From Rebecca billardiae RCC1528 (Eukaryota > Protista > Haptophyta), in assembly GCA_965240325.2 (NCBI GenBank), contig OZ251239.1, forward strand, positions 744,001-808,000: a DNA stretch of 64,000 bases. Direction: 5' to 3'. Shown piece by piece: positions 20,649 to 33,500 of this stretch (position 1 is its first letter; each line of letters begins with the position of its first letter). The notes under the pieces were generated by a model. It did not search any database, had not been told where the DNA came from, and was given only the letters and a program-made list of their open reading frames with translations. A program made the position numbers and the translations under genes.

Positions 20649-22568
20649 TCAGACCTTGATTCTGGCCGCCTTGGCCGCCTGCGCCTCCGCGGCCTTGGCC
20701 TTCGCCGCCTTCTGCGCCTCCGCGGTGAACGCATCGACGTCGCGCAGCAGCGGACCGCCGCCGCCCGCCGCGGCGGCGCGCGCGCCCAGCGCGTCGGCGC
20801 GCAGCTGGCGCAGCCGCGCGAGTGGGCGCGCGTCAGCGAAGCTACCGGCGACGAGCGCCTCGAGCGCGGCCATCGACGGCGCGAAGAACGCGCCGAGCTT
20901 CGCGCGCAGCTCGGCGGGCATCGTGCCGCGTGTCTGGTGGTTTGGCAGCTGGCTGCGCTTCTTGTGCCCAGTCTCGCACCGGCCCGTGATCGTGCTCGAG
21001 ATCGTGCCGTCGGGCGCGGCGCGGAGCGAGAGGCCGGTGAACGATGCGACGGCGTCGAGGATCGCCTGCCCGCCCATCTCGCGCAGGTCCTCGGAGAACA
21101 TGAACATGAACTGCGCGCGCTCGAAGTAGGCATACGCGCCCGCGACGCACACCTCGTACAGAGAGTTGCGCACGTACTGACGCGCGTCGCCCGAGCCGCA
21201 TCGCATCAGCTTGCTCACGACGTCGGCGGGGCGCATCTGCGCGATGAGCTGCGGCCGGGCGAAGAGGGTGTCGTTGCGGTAGCACGCGCGCACCTGCGCC
21301 GCCTCGATCGCCACGGCGCTCTCGAAGCTCGGGTTCTTCTCCCAGCCCCAGGTCCGGAACATTCCATACTCGGAGAAGGCGCGAGAGACCGGATCTCGCA
21401 GCATCACGATGAAGCGCGCGCGGCGCGAGAGGTCGGGGCCGTAGCGCTCGCGCATGACGCGGAGCGCGTGGGGCGAGCACAGGTAGTTGGGCGTCATGTC
21501 CAGCGTCTGCGCGCGCCCCGCTGGCAGCTCCGCCGACAGCGGGAACGCAATCTTGAAGCCGGCCGAGTCTCGATACGTTGTGCGCTCGCGCGTCGGCGCG
21601 TCCGCAAAGTTGCGCCGGCAGCCGGGCCACGCCGACTTGGGGAAGTAGCCGTTGTCGAGGTACGGCTCGGTCTCGGCGGGGAGCTCGGTGCTGATGTTGC
21701 ACAGCGCGCGCACGCGCGCCGACGTGGCGTCGAAGAAGCGGCGCATCGCCGCCGTGCCCAGCCGCGCGCCGCGCGGCGGCGGCGGCGCGCCGTTCCGTTC
21801 AGCCCAGAGACAGAGGGGCACGCGCGGCCCCGCGAGGGACGCGAGGTCGCGCGCGGCGCCGGGCTCGCGCGGCATGACGTCCTTGTTGAAGAAGAAGGGC
21901 TCCTTCACGTCGTGGAACATGCCCACCGACGACGGGCGCAGCCCGGACAGCAGCCACGCGCGGCCGGCGCACCGCTCGTCCGCCCACGCCGCCGGCTCGG
22001 GTGAGTGGCAGACCACCTTTGGGTGGAAGGCGTAGCTCGCGCACTTGTGGATGAAGGTGGTGCCCGCCTTCGGGCAGCACGGCACGAAGAGCGTGGGCAG
22101 CACGCGCGTCGAGCGGAACGCGGCGGGGCTCGCCGACTCCGCCGCCACCACCGCCGGCACGTGCTGATCGGCCAGCGAGCCGTTGCACTCGAGCGCGCTC
22201 GCGGGCTCGGGGATCCGCACCGCGGCGGCAGCGCCCGCGGCGCGCGCGCGCGCGCGGGCGCGCGCTCGGCTCGGTGGCTCGGTGCGCTCGGGGCGGGGGT
22301 CGGCGGCAGGGCCGGTGGAGCGTATGCTCGCGGCCTCGCGCGCAGGCTGTGCGCGCGATGGAGCGGCCGGCGCCGCGGCGATCGGCGCGGCAGCGCCCCT
22401 CGCTGCACGCGCGTCGCGCGCGCGCATGTCGGCGCCGGTCTGCGCCTCGACGGGTCGCGCGTGTTCGACCGCTTGGAACGCACGCTGCCAGCCCAGCCCG
22501 AAGGTGATCACGCCGAGTACTACGGCGAGCACGAGCCCGCGGTAGAGCGGGTGCTCCTGCGACGGCAT
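20649..22568 (-). CDS. Golgi-type sulfotransferase (heparan-sulfate 3-O/N-sulfotransferase-like)
   Basis: Signal anchor, 5'-PSB PKAGTT, KEPFFF, DMTPNYL and 3'-PB MLRDPVSRAFSEY. An alternative start lies at 22613. Confidence 0.85.
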   Translation of the reverse strand: MPSQEHPLYRGLVLAVVLGVITFGLGWQRAFQAVEHARPVEAQTGADMRARDARAARGAAAPIAAAPAAPSRAQPAREAASIRSTGPAADPRPERTEPPSRARARARARAAGAAAAVRIPEPASALECNGSLADQHVPAVVAAESASPAAFRSTRVLPTLFVPCCPKAGTTFIHKCASYAFHPKVVCHSPEPAAWADERCAGRAWLLSGLRPSSVGMFHDVKEPFFFNKDVMPREPGAARDLASLAGPRVPLCLWAERNGAPPPPRGARLGTAAMRRFFDATSARVRALCNISTELPAETEPYLDNGYFPKSAWPGCRRNFADAPTRERTTYRDSAGFKIAFPLSAELPAGRAQTLDMTPNYLCSPHALRVMRERYGPDLSRRARFIVMLRDPVSRAFSEYGMFRTWGWEKNPSFESAVAIEAAQVRACYRNDTLFARPQLIAQMRPADVVSKLMRCGSGDARQYVRNSLYEVCVAGAYAYFERAQFMFMFSEDLREMGGQAILDAVASFTGLSLRAAPDGTISSTITGRCETGHKKRSQLPNHQTRGTMPAELRAKLGAFFAPSMAALEALVAGSFADARPLARLRQLRADALGARAAAAGGGGPLLRDVDAFTAEAQKAAKAKAAEAQAAKAARIKV

Positions 22569-23094
22569 GGCCGATGGCGGCGCTCCCACTGCGACGCGAA
22601 AAAAAGGGACCATGCATTGGAAAGCGACGCGCGCTGTGATGCGAAAAACATTTATTTTGACCCCTTGGGCCTTGGCCCTTTATAGATGTGACCGTGTGTG
22701 AAAACGTCAAAATCTACCCACCACATTTGAACAAAGTACTCAATCACGTACTACGGCGGTGTTTTCGAAGCCGCCGAATAGTAATCAGGCGTATCGTTAA
22801 CTCGTATGACGGTCAAACTCCCAGTAGCCGTACGGGATCTCGCGAAGTTTCATGACCAATCTGCAATATACTATCTCCCTTGATCCTGGGCTTCGTCGAA
22901 TCGTCGAGGTGTCAGCCCCATAATCACACCGAGCAGAAGCCGTCGTAAACATAGTCATCAACATTGCCGGAGCGGGCGGCGGGCGGAGTCGTGCCACACG
23001 CGCGGGGCCATCCTTTTCATTTCCTCGCGCGTCTCTCGCCATCGCGCCGGTCGCGCCGATGTGGCGACGGGGAGCGTCGGCTGTGAGCACTGGC

Positions 23095-26000
23095 ATGCTC
23101 GCGCGTGCCTTGCGTGCGGCGTCGGCCGCCTTTGCCGTTGTGCTCGTCGTCGCTCCTCGCGGGGCGTGTGGCGCGCCGCTCGACATCTCAGCGTGCCTGG
23201 CTGACCCGCCACACTGCCAGAGCATCCTTGCTACCTCGCAGGGACTCACGGGCACGGTTCCTACCGGTGTGTCTCTTCCCCCTCCCACCCTGCGGCTGCG
23301 CGCTGCGCCCCGAGTGCGCGAGCTCGCCACCGCGTGGCGCGCACTCACAACCCCCGTATCGTTGTTCATGTGCGCCGCGCAGAGCTCGGCCTGCTCACCG
23401 AGACGCTGACGCTGGGTCTCAACTTCAACCTGCTCAACGGCACTCTGCCCACCGGTGTGTAGCACCCCTCTGCGCGCTGCAGCCGCGCGCACGCCGCTCA
23501 GCCCAGCCCCTCTCTCCCTCCCCCCTGCTCGCAGAGCTGGGGCTGATGCGCATCGCGCACGGCGTTTACCTCTCTGGGAACGAGCTGGAGGGCACGGTGC
23601 CCACGGAGCTCGGCCAGCTCGGAGGGCTGCGTGATCTCTTCCTGGAGGGCATGGGACTGCGCGGCACGATCCCCACCGAGCTTGCGCGGCTCACAGTCCT
23701 CAACGAACTGTGCGCGCCGCGCGCCCCGGTCGAGAGCCTAGGCAGCCGCCGGACAGGCAGGGCGGCTGCCTCGACTGAGCGTGGAGCGCGCCGACCCCGC
23801 CGCCGCACCCCGCGCGCCGCGCAGCAAGCTCACGAACAACGGCCTCACCGGCACCCTCCCGGGCTCGGTGGTCGGGGCGTGGACGGCGCTCGCCAAAATG
23901 TGCGCGCGGCCGCTCCCCTGCCTCTGAGTGCCTCCCCCGCTTCTTCACGCTTCGTCACGCGCCGCCACCCCTCGCTCGCAGCCCGTTGGCGGCTCACGCG
24001 CCGTCACTCCACGGGGCCCGCCACCGCCGCCCCCCCCCTCCCCCCTCCGCGCCCTCCTCGCCGCGGCTGCTCGCAGGGAGGTTGGGCGCAACGCGTTCAC
24101 GGGCACGCTGCCTTCCGAGCTCGGGCGCCTCACCGCGCTGCGCATCGCGCACGCGTTCCGAAACTCGCTCGTGGGCGCGATTCCGAGCACGATCGGCGGC
24201 TGCACCGCGCTGGAGAACTTCCGGCTCACGTTCAACTCGCTGCAGGCGGTGCCGCCGGCGCGGGCGCTGCCGACGGAGCTCGGGCGGTGCACCCGCCTGA
24301 GCACCTTCTCCCCCGACTTCAACCCGCTGCTGCGCGGCGACGTGCCCTCGGAGCTGTGGCGCGTGACGCAGCTCGGCTTTCTGCACCTCTCGCACACAGC
24401 GCTGAGCACGACGCTGCCGACGGAGGTCGGCGCGCTGACCAAGCTGTGGAGCCTGCGCGTGCAGGAGATGGGCACGCACGGCACGATCCCCACCGAGCTG
24501 GGCGAGGCGGCGGCCCTCACGATGCTCGACGTCTCCTACACGTCCGTCTCTGGCAGCGTGCCGACCGAGCTGGGCCGGCTGAGTGTGCTCACGCACGCCA
24601 AGCTCGCGCCGTCGGCGCTCGGCGGCGCGGTGCCCACCGAGCTCGGCGCTCTGAGCGCGCTCTCCAAGCTGGGCCTGCCGGAGGCGATGTGCGCGAACTT
24701 CCCGATCGGCGGCGGCTTCGGCACCGCGCCCGCGCCGCCTTGCCTCTCGCCGCCGCCCGCGCCGCCATCGAGCCCGCCCGCGCCGCCGCCGCCGCCCGGC
24801 TCGTCGCTGCTCGCCGAGCTCGAGATTGCAATCTCGCTGCCCGAGTTTGGCGCGGCGGAGCGCGCGGCGCTCGGCGCGGCGCTCGCCGGCTTCCTCGGCC
24901 TGCCCGAGCACTTCGTCGCGGTGCGCTCGGCGCGCGCGGGCTCGACGCTCGTGCAGCTCGAAATCTACGAGCCCATCGACCGCCTCGCGCCGGTCGCCGA
25001 CCTGCTGACGGCCACGTCTCTCCCGGCGCTGAGCGCGGCGCTCGGCTTCCAGGTGCTGGCGCAGCCGAGCGTGCTCGCGCCCGCCAGCCCGCCCGCGCCC
25101 GCGTCGCCGCCGTCGGGCGGCGCCGTCGGTGCTGCCGACGACGGCGGCGGCGGCGCGGCGCTCGAGCTCGGCCCCGCCGCCGCGGACGCCGAACCCGACC
25201 CGGCAGTGGCGCCGCCGCTCCTGGCCGCGTATGCACTCTGCGCCGGCGCGTGCGCGCTCGGCGCGTGCCTCTGGTACGCGCGGCGCGCGCGCGCGGCGGC
25301 GGACTCGCAGGCGATCGAGGCGGCGCTCGCGTCCAACCGCTCGTTCCAGTTCCCGATGCACCTGCTCTCCGCCACCGACTTCATCGAGTACGGCCGGCTC
25401 GCGCAGTTTGAGCGCGTGCGCGACGAGAAGAAACATCTGGTGGTGGTGCGCTGCCACGCCGCACGCGCGCGGCGGCCGGTGCCTGCTGCGCGCGCGGCCC
25501 GATGGCATGCAGCGCCGCGGACGTGCGATGCGCCGATGCCCGACGCGCCCGACTCACTGCATGCACGCCGCGCCGCCGCCCCGCTCCCGCGCCCTCCCCG
25601 CTCCCGCGCCCTCCCCGCTCTCGCGCCCGCACGGCCGCGCGACCGCAGGACCTGGTGGAGGACGCGCGCGCGCTGTTCCTTCCGGCCGAGGCCGCGACGC
25701 GCCCCACGCTCTCGCCCGCGCCGATGGCGAGCAGCTTCCGCGCGGGCGCGGGCCTGCGCAGCGCCGCGGCGGCCGCGTCCGCGCGAGGCTCCCTCCCAGG
25801 CTCGACTAGCAGCTCGTTCCGAAGCGCGTGCTCCGTGTGTGCGCGCGCGCCGCACGGCTCGTCGGTCGGGTGCTCCTCTCCGAAGGGCCTGGCGAAGCGG
25901 CGGCGCTCGCTCAGCCCGACGGCGCCCCCGCGCGCGCCCAGCCACGCGCAGGGCGCGCTGCCGCTGGTGCGCGTCTCCAGCCACCACTCGCTCACGCCGC

Positions 26001-28153
26001 CGCTCTCAGCCAACGTGGGCAGCCAGCTGAGCCCTGAGCTGTCCGCGCGCGTGGCGCGGGGCTCTCGCGCCAGCCCGGCGCCGCCCGCGCGCGGGGCGCG
26101 CCGCTCGCGCAGCCCCGAGCTTGCCGCGCGCCGGGTGCAGAGCGCTGCCGAGCTGTGCGCAGACGCGGCCGCCTCGTCGCGCGGGCCGCGCCTCGCCCCA
26201 CGCGCCGCGGCGTGCGTGGCGCCCGAGCTCTCCGCGCCGCTGCACCCCGCGCGCCCGGCGGCGCCCATAGCCCAGGCGGGCTCGGCCGCAAGCCTGCGCG
26301 CGGACGTGGGCGCGCGCTCGCTCAAGATCTGCTTCGTCTCGCACCAGTGGCTCAGCTACGACAGGCCGGACCCGGCCAGCATGCAGTTTGGCGCCATGGC
26401 GAGCGCGGTGCGGCACGTGGCCGCGGCGAACGGCTGGGCGCTCGAGGACGTGTTCGTCTGGTGCGACTTCTCGAGCGTGCCGCAGCGGCACGCGCCTTCG
26501 CAGGCGGCGGCCATCTCATCGCTCGCGCTGTACGCGTCCGTCGCCTCCGCCTTCATCGTCGCGGCGCCGGACTCTCACCACGGCAACACGGGCGCGCCGG
26601 TGGGCGCGGACTCGTGGCGGACGCGGCTGTGGTGTCGCGCGGAGCAGGTGACGACGCGCGCTCGACGCGCGCCGTGCGCCGGCGGCGCGCGCGCCCCGCG
26701 CGCCCTCGCCGCCCGCTCAGCTTCTCGGCCGCCGCCGTGCCGCGCCGCCGCCGCGCCATGCCCCTGCCGCTTGCCGCGCGCGCGTGGCCCGCGCGCGCGC
26801 GCATCAGTTCTGCTACGTCGCGATCAACGGCCCTCGCAACGTGTGGCTCGCTACCTCGAGCTCTGAGCCGCCGACGCTGGTCGACATGCCTTGGCTCAAC
26901 TCGACGCTGATGGTGTGCCCGGGCGTGCACGCCGCCGCCGCCGCCGCGCCGCCGCCGCCCATCCGACCCAGCGGGTTGCCGCGCACCCGCCCGCGCCCGG
27001 CGCCTCGGCTCGCGGACGCGCCGGGCGTGCAGGCGGGCACTCACGAGCGACCCCGCCGCGGCGCCGCCCTGCCGCCCGCCGCCGCGCACCGGCAGGTCTT
27101 CGAGGGCGAGCTCTCGTGCTGCGCGAGGCGGCACCGCGGCGAAGGCAACGAGCCGCAGCGTGCGCGCGCGCGCGCGCGCGCGCGCTGCAGCGCCGACCCC
27201 CGCGCCCGCGCGGCGCGCCTCGCCGCTTCGCCCTCGCGCGCGCCGCCCACACCCCTGCCGCGGCTCTGTCCTGCGCTCTGCCCCTCACGCCCTCCGCCCG
27301 CCCTCGCACCCCTGCCCCTCGCCCGTGCCCGCAGAGTGCGACCGCGAGCGTCTGGTGCAGCCGCTGCTGGGCCTGTATGGGGAGCTGTATGCGCGCAAGT
27401 GCCACGACGAGCTCACTGCTCTCCCGGCGGAGGCGGCGGCGGCGGCCGCGGCGACGATGGCGCGGCGGCGCAGCCGCCGCGTCTCCGCGGGCTGGCGAGG
27501 CCGCACGGCCAGCGTACGGCACTCCGGCGCCGCCGACTCATCACCGACGTCGTCGCCAACGTGGGGGCGCAGCGCCGCGCTTGAGCTCGGCCTCGCGCGC
27601 GCGTCGCAGTCGGAGGCGGCGGATGCGAGCGACCGCTCAGCGCCCGTCTTCCAAGACCTGATGGTGCGTGCGCGCCCGGCCAAGCGCATGCGCGCACGCG
27701 GCCCCCGACGCCGACGCACTCACGGCGCGCGCGCATCGTCGCCACCCCGACCCGGCCGTGCACCGCCCCGCTGCGCCGTCCAATCGCCCCTCGGCCTCGG
27801 CCTCGGCCTCGGCCTCGCGCTGCTGACGGCAGGCGTGGCTCGACGGCCCGCGCAAGACCCGCCTCTTCCCGAGGGACTTCCGGTACGCCACCGAGCGCGG
27901 CGTGCGCTCGCGCGTGCTCTTTGGCCGCCTCCTCGCGCAGATGGAGTGCAGGCAGGAGCTGGCGGCCGCGCGGCTCTGGCAGGGCGACGCGGGGCTGCAG
28001 CCGCGCCGGAGCCGCACCGGGTCCCCGGACGTGCCACGACGACGCTCGAGGCCGTGGAGCGAGGCGCGCGCAGTGCGTCAGCTCGTCTGCTGCGCGTGCA
28101 CGTGCTTCGTCCATCAGCAGGCTCCGGTGTACTCAGACGATGCCGCGGCGTGA
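23095..28153 (+). CDS. Multi-exon receptor: signal peptide - plant-type LRR ectodomain - TM - cytoplasmic HET/TIR-like domain
   Basis: LxGxIPTELGxL repeats joined across introns 23267-23382, 23455-23534, 23710-23824 and one ending 24076. TM LLAAYALCAGACALGACLWY-ARR. Cytoplasmic FPMHLL...FVSHQW...PDP...VWCDFSSVPQ...AISSLALYA...RLWCRAE. The 3' exon boundaries are approximate. Confidence 0.75.
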
Positions 28154-28687
28154 GCCTTAGCGGACCCTAGCCAAGTGCCCAGGCTCGGGAATGGGTACTA
28201 CTGAGCCGGGGCTGAGCGCGTGTCTAGCTCGGACCGGCTGCCACGCATACCGCACTCGGCTGAGCCCCTCAATGTGAGCGCGCCCTCGTGAACCAGCGCA
28301 CACTGCTGAGTACCGCCGCAGCCGCGTAGCCGTGTGCCAACCGGGCGGTGCCCGCAGCTTCACAGGCCGCGTTGCCGTACGCGACTTCCTGTCGCCGCTG
28401 CCACTCGACTGAGAGTGAGCGGAGTGAGCTGGTCCTGCCGCCCGGCCGGCTCGGACTGTGGGCCTGGCATGCGGCGCGGCCGAGGAGAACACCGCGCCTC
28501 GCAACCATCGATCTCCGCTTCGTCGCGCCCGCCCGGGCAGCCATGCGGAGGCGATGACGAAGCGTCGTCGCCAGGGCGTAGTTGAGATCCGTCAAAGCCT
28601 TCGCTCCGTGCTCGCTCGGTCATCAGCCAAGTCAACGCGCTCCTGTCGCCTTCCGTCGCACCAGCGCTTCAGCGCGCGGGCCGATTC

Positions 28688-29969
28688 ATGGGCTCTGACG
28701 GCGCAACCCGGCGCCGCCGACCGACGATGCGCGCCACGAGCAGCGGGCGCACGGCGGGCGAGCTCGAGGCCATCGCCGCGTGCGCGTCGTATGCATTCTG
28801 CTCGGTCTCCTTGTCTCTCTGCAATAAGCTCGTCTTCTCCGGCAAGAACTTCGACTACCCCATGGCCATCCTCACGTTCCAGAGCCTGTGTGCCGTGATC
28901 TTCTTGAAAGGCGGCGACCTCGTCGGCCTGTCGAAGCCGATGCCGCTGCAGAGAGGTGCGATGGGGGATGCGTCGGCACGCGCTCTTCGCCCCGATCCCC
29001 CACGCCGCGCTGACGCGCTCCGCACGCCCCGCAACGATGCCGCGCGCGCGCGCGCCGGCAGACTTGTTTGTTGCGATGGCGCCGGTCACGTTGCTCTTCT
29101 GCGCAATGCTGTGGACGTCGGGCAAGGCGCTGCGGTTCTGCTCGATGCCGCTCTTCACCGTCTTCAAGAACATGGCGGTGGTCGGCACGACCACGTGGGA
29201 GTACTTCCGCTTCGGCAACACCGTCTCGATGGGCGCGATGTTTTCGCTCCTGATGATGGTCGGCGGCTCGGTCGTCGCCGGGTACGGCGACATGACGGCG
29301 ACGATGGAGGGGATGTTCTGGCTGATGGCGAACGTGGTGGTGACGGTGGCGTACCTGGCCACGCTCAAGGAGCGGATGCCCACCGACGTCTCCTCCTCCT
29401 CCAAGACGCTGCACAACAACGTGCTCACGCTGATGCTCTTTGTCGTCTCCTCGGCCGCGACCGGCGAGCTGATGCCGTTCTGCACGCAGCTGAGCAGGCA
29501 GCCGGCGCGGATGCAGCTGGGCGTGCTGATGACGGGCGTGCTGGGGACGGCGATCAACATGTCCACCTTCTGGTGCATGCACGTCACGTCGGGCGCGACC
29601 TACGCCTTCGTCGGCGCGACCAACAAGATCCCGGTCGCGATCCTAGGCCACTTCCTCTTCCACTCGGTGCTCACGCCGTCCGGCTGGATGGGCGTGGGCT
29701 TTGGGCTGGCGGCGGGGCTGGTGTACGCCGTGGCGAAGGAGCGGGAGCGGCAGCTCAAGGACGCGAGCGCGATCGCGGACGGCGCGCAGCGCGAGCGCGA
29801 GCACCTGCTCGGCGAGAACACCGACGACGCCGCCAGCCCGGGCAAGCCGGTCGCCACGCGCGTCGCGGGCGGCGTGGCCGCGGCCCCGGACGGGCCGGAG
29901 GCCGACGTCGAGCTCGGCCGGCTGGGGGCGGGCACGGTGCGCGGCGGGGAAGACGATGACCTGAGATGA
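28688..29969 (+). CDS. Nucleotide-sugar transporter (GDP-mannose transporter Vrg4/GONST-like, SLC35); intron ~28956-29061
   Basis: YAFCSVSLSLCNKLVFS, WTSGKALRFCSMPLFTVFKN, HNNVL and WCMHVTSGATYAFVGATNKIP motifs. Confidence 0.88.
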
Positions 29970-30532
29970 GGCGGCTCGTGTGGAGCTGCCCGTACGCGCG
30001 GGCGGTGTGCGCAGCCGCACGCCCGCGCCGCCGGCCGTCCCCTCCCACCGTGAGTGTCGCGCGACGCACACGACTCGATCGACAAAGTCGTCACCGTCAC
30101 CGGACACTCGTCACTCTCCTGGTCTCCTGACGGAGTGATGACCGCGGTGCGCGCGCGCGCCATAATGTCACGTGAGGTCACGTACGAAAGTCGTGTGCGA
30201 GCAGCGACGCTGCGACGCGGCCGGTCGGATGGACGCGGTGACGCGCTGGCAACCTGACGGCTCCCCTCTGAATCTCTGATGACCGCAGCCTGATTAACTT
30301 ACTGCTGTCTGCTCACCACTCGGACTCGGTCAACTCCGACTGGGGCGGTGGGCCCGTCCGTGCGGGTGGGCACCGTGCCGGTGCGTCCGGCCTTTGCGAG
30401 TTTGCGCGCCACAAAAACATTTTCTCGCGCAAATAATCGGCGGGCGCCGCCCGCCGGCGCGGCTTGCCCAACGACCACTGCCTGGCATGTCTGCTTGAGC
30501 GTGGAGCCCGGCGTGCTTGCTCGTGCTCTCAG

Positions 30533-33500
30533 ATGGTGCGCCCAACGCTCGCGGGCGAGAGCATCGATGTGCTCGATGAGCTCGACTTGGACGAGGACGA
30601 TGACATGGGCGCGTCCGGCGACAGCGGCAACTTCGACGACGGTGAGCCCATCACGAGAAGTCGCAGCTATCAGAGCATGCCGTCTGCAGCGGCCGCGCTG
30701 ACGAGCGCGGACGCCGCGTCGACGGGAGGCCCGGACTCGAGCCCGATGATGCGGCCTTCGTCGGTGCCGGCCACCGCGACGCGGCCCAGCCCTCCGTCCA
30801 CCGGCGCGTCAACCGCTGCTGCCGCCTCAAGCGGTTCGACCGCAGCAGCGGCGCGGCCGCCCGTCGCGCCCGCGGCGCGGCCGCCCGTCGCGCCCGCAGC
30901 GCGGCCGCCCGCCGCGCCGGCGGCGCGGCCGCCTGCCGCACCGGCACCGGCACCGGTGACCGCCCCGCCCGACGCGGCCTGTGCCGGCTCCGCGCGGCCG
31001 CACGCGACGCGCGCGCGCAGCGGCGACGGAGCCAAGGATGCCGGCGGCAGTGAGGCCGGGAGTGGCCTCCTGTCGCAGGCGGCCTCGCTCGCCCTGGCCG
31101 CGCCCGAGCACGCGCAGCCGCCGCCGGCCCCATCGCCCGGGCGTCGGAGCCAGCAGCCGGCGGTCAGCTCGACCGCCGCCGCCGCCGCCGCCGCCGTCCC
31201 AGGCGCGGGCGCGGGCGCGGCCACCGCTGGCGCGCGCGCCGCGTGCGCAGCCGAGCCCGCGCGCGCCGAGCCGTCACGACACGAGCCGGTGGCTGCAGCT
31301 GCTGGGCCCGAGCTCGGCCTCGGCGCGAAGGGCGCCAGCGCCGGTGGGCGCGCAGACCGCGACGACTGCGCGTCCTCGCCGCGCACAGCGCCCGCTCTGC
31401 AGACTCCGCGCGCCGGCGAGGCCCCCCCGGGAGCGCCTTCGGTCGGCCGGCGCAGCCCAACTGCCCACAGCCGCGCTGCGTGTGCCACGGCGCCGACGGC
31501 CGTGCGCCCCCCGCCGTCGTCGGGGGCGCCCGCCGTGCCGGCCGCGTCGGCGGGCGCGCCGCCCGCGGCCGCCTCCGCGCCGCCTGCAACGGGTGGCGCG
31601 CCGCCCCCGCCAGCCTCGGCGCACCCTTCAGCAACACCCGGGTCGGCTTCCGCGGCCGCGCCGGTGCCGGCTGCGTCGGCGGCCGCGTCGCAACCCGCGA
31701 CGCTCAGGGCGGCACCGGCCGCGCGCCCCGCCTCATCCGGCCCCGTCGCGAGCTCTCTGTCCGCCGACGACCTCGGGCGCACGGCGGACGGGCGCAAGAT
31801 CCTCTCCGTCACGCGGCGCGTCATCTCGTCCTCGGCCTCGCCCTCGTCCTCCTCGCCCGCCGCGCTGCGTCCGGGGGGCGCCGTCGCGTCTGCCGGCACG
31901 ACGCCGCTGTCGCAGCGCCCGACCGCCGCCGCTCGCGCCGCCGGCCCGAGCGCGCTGGGCGTGCGCCAGGCGCGGAGCTCGGAGCCGATGGCGCCGTCGA
32001 CGACGCATGCGCGCTCGGGCGCGCACGCGCAGCCCACACAGCCTCCGCCGGCGCCGGCGTCCATCGCAAGCGCCGAGCCTCCGCCGCCGCCCGCGCCCGG
32101 CGCGCGCGCCGCGCCGCGCCAAGGCCCGCGCCCGCCGGCCATCGTCGCGCCTCAGCCGGGCGCGCCGCCGGGCTCGGGCGCGTCGCTCACGCTCTCCCTC
32201 GCCTCGCCACTCCGCTCCGCCGCGTCGCCGCTCTCGTCTCCGTCCGGACTCTCGCCCGTGACCGGGTCGCCGCTCACCTCGCCTTTCTCGCCGTTGGACG
32301 AGCCGCCGGCGGCCGGCGCGGAGGCGAGGGCGCGGCGGGGCAGCGGCGGCGACGGCGGCGCGGCCGCCGAGCCGAGCGCGGCGGGCTCGGGCGGCGCGGC
32401 GCAGCCTCGCGCCGCGCCGCCCGGCGCCGGCCTGACCACGCTCCCGCCGACCCTCTCGAGCATGGCCGCCAGCCGGCAGGCAGCGGGCGAGAAGATTCTC
32501 ACCTTCGACGAGCTCGGCCTCGATTCAGACTCAGAGCCGGCCGAGCCGTCGCCCAAGACTCGGCACGTGGCGGCGGCGGCGGCGGCGGCGGCGCGGCCGC
32601 CGCCCTCGGCGTGCGGCGGCAGCGATGTGCGCGGCGGCGGCGGCGGCGCGGCCGGCCCGCCGGGCGTGCACCGCGCCGCGCCGCCGGCCCTGCGCCCGTG
32701 CTCCTCCGCGCCGCCCCTCTCCAGCCGCGAGTCGACGTCGCCCGAGCCGCCCGCGCTGCGCCCCGCGCCGAGGCGCGCGGGCGGCCACAGCGCCGAGCGC
32801 TCGCCGACCGGTGCCGCCGCGCAGCAGCGCCATGCGCTTTCGGCCGACGAGCCGAGCCGGCCGGTGCGGCGGAGCGAGAGCGCGGCGGGCGGCGCGTCCG
32901 CGCACGCCGCGACCCCGCCGTGGGCCGCCGTGCCGCGCGTGGCCAGCGCCGACCGCGTGGACGCGCTCGCTGGGGCGGGCCATCTCGGCGGCTCGCCGCT
33001 GCGGCGCGGCAGCGGCGCCGCAGCACACCCAGCTTCGCCGGTGCACGCGGAGGGCACGGGTGCGGCCAGCGCAGCGGGGGCGCGCGCGTCCGCCGCCAGC
33101 GCGGCGGCACCTCCGCAGCAGCAGGCCGAGGCGGCCTCGCCGCCGCACGCGCCGAGCGCGCGCACCAAGTACGAGCAGGTGCTCGCGCGCATCCGGCGCG
33201 AGATTGACAATCTCGAGGACGACGACGAGATCGCCCGCCTCTCCGCGCGCGCAGCCGCGACCGGGGTCCGGCGGCCGTACTGGGCGGGGGCGGAGGCAGG
33301 GGCGCTGCCTCCGGGCGGCGGGTTCGAGCACCCGCGGCCGCCCGGCCCGCACGCGCGCGCGCGCGTGCGCGCCGCCGCCTACCCCGACGAGCACGCCGAC
33401 GACGAGGGCGACGACGGCGCGCCGGTCCGCGCCAACGCGGCCGCGCCGTTCATGTACGCGCGCGGCGCGGGCGTGCTGGGCGAGAGCCCGGTCGAGCTCG

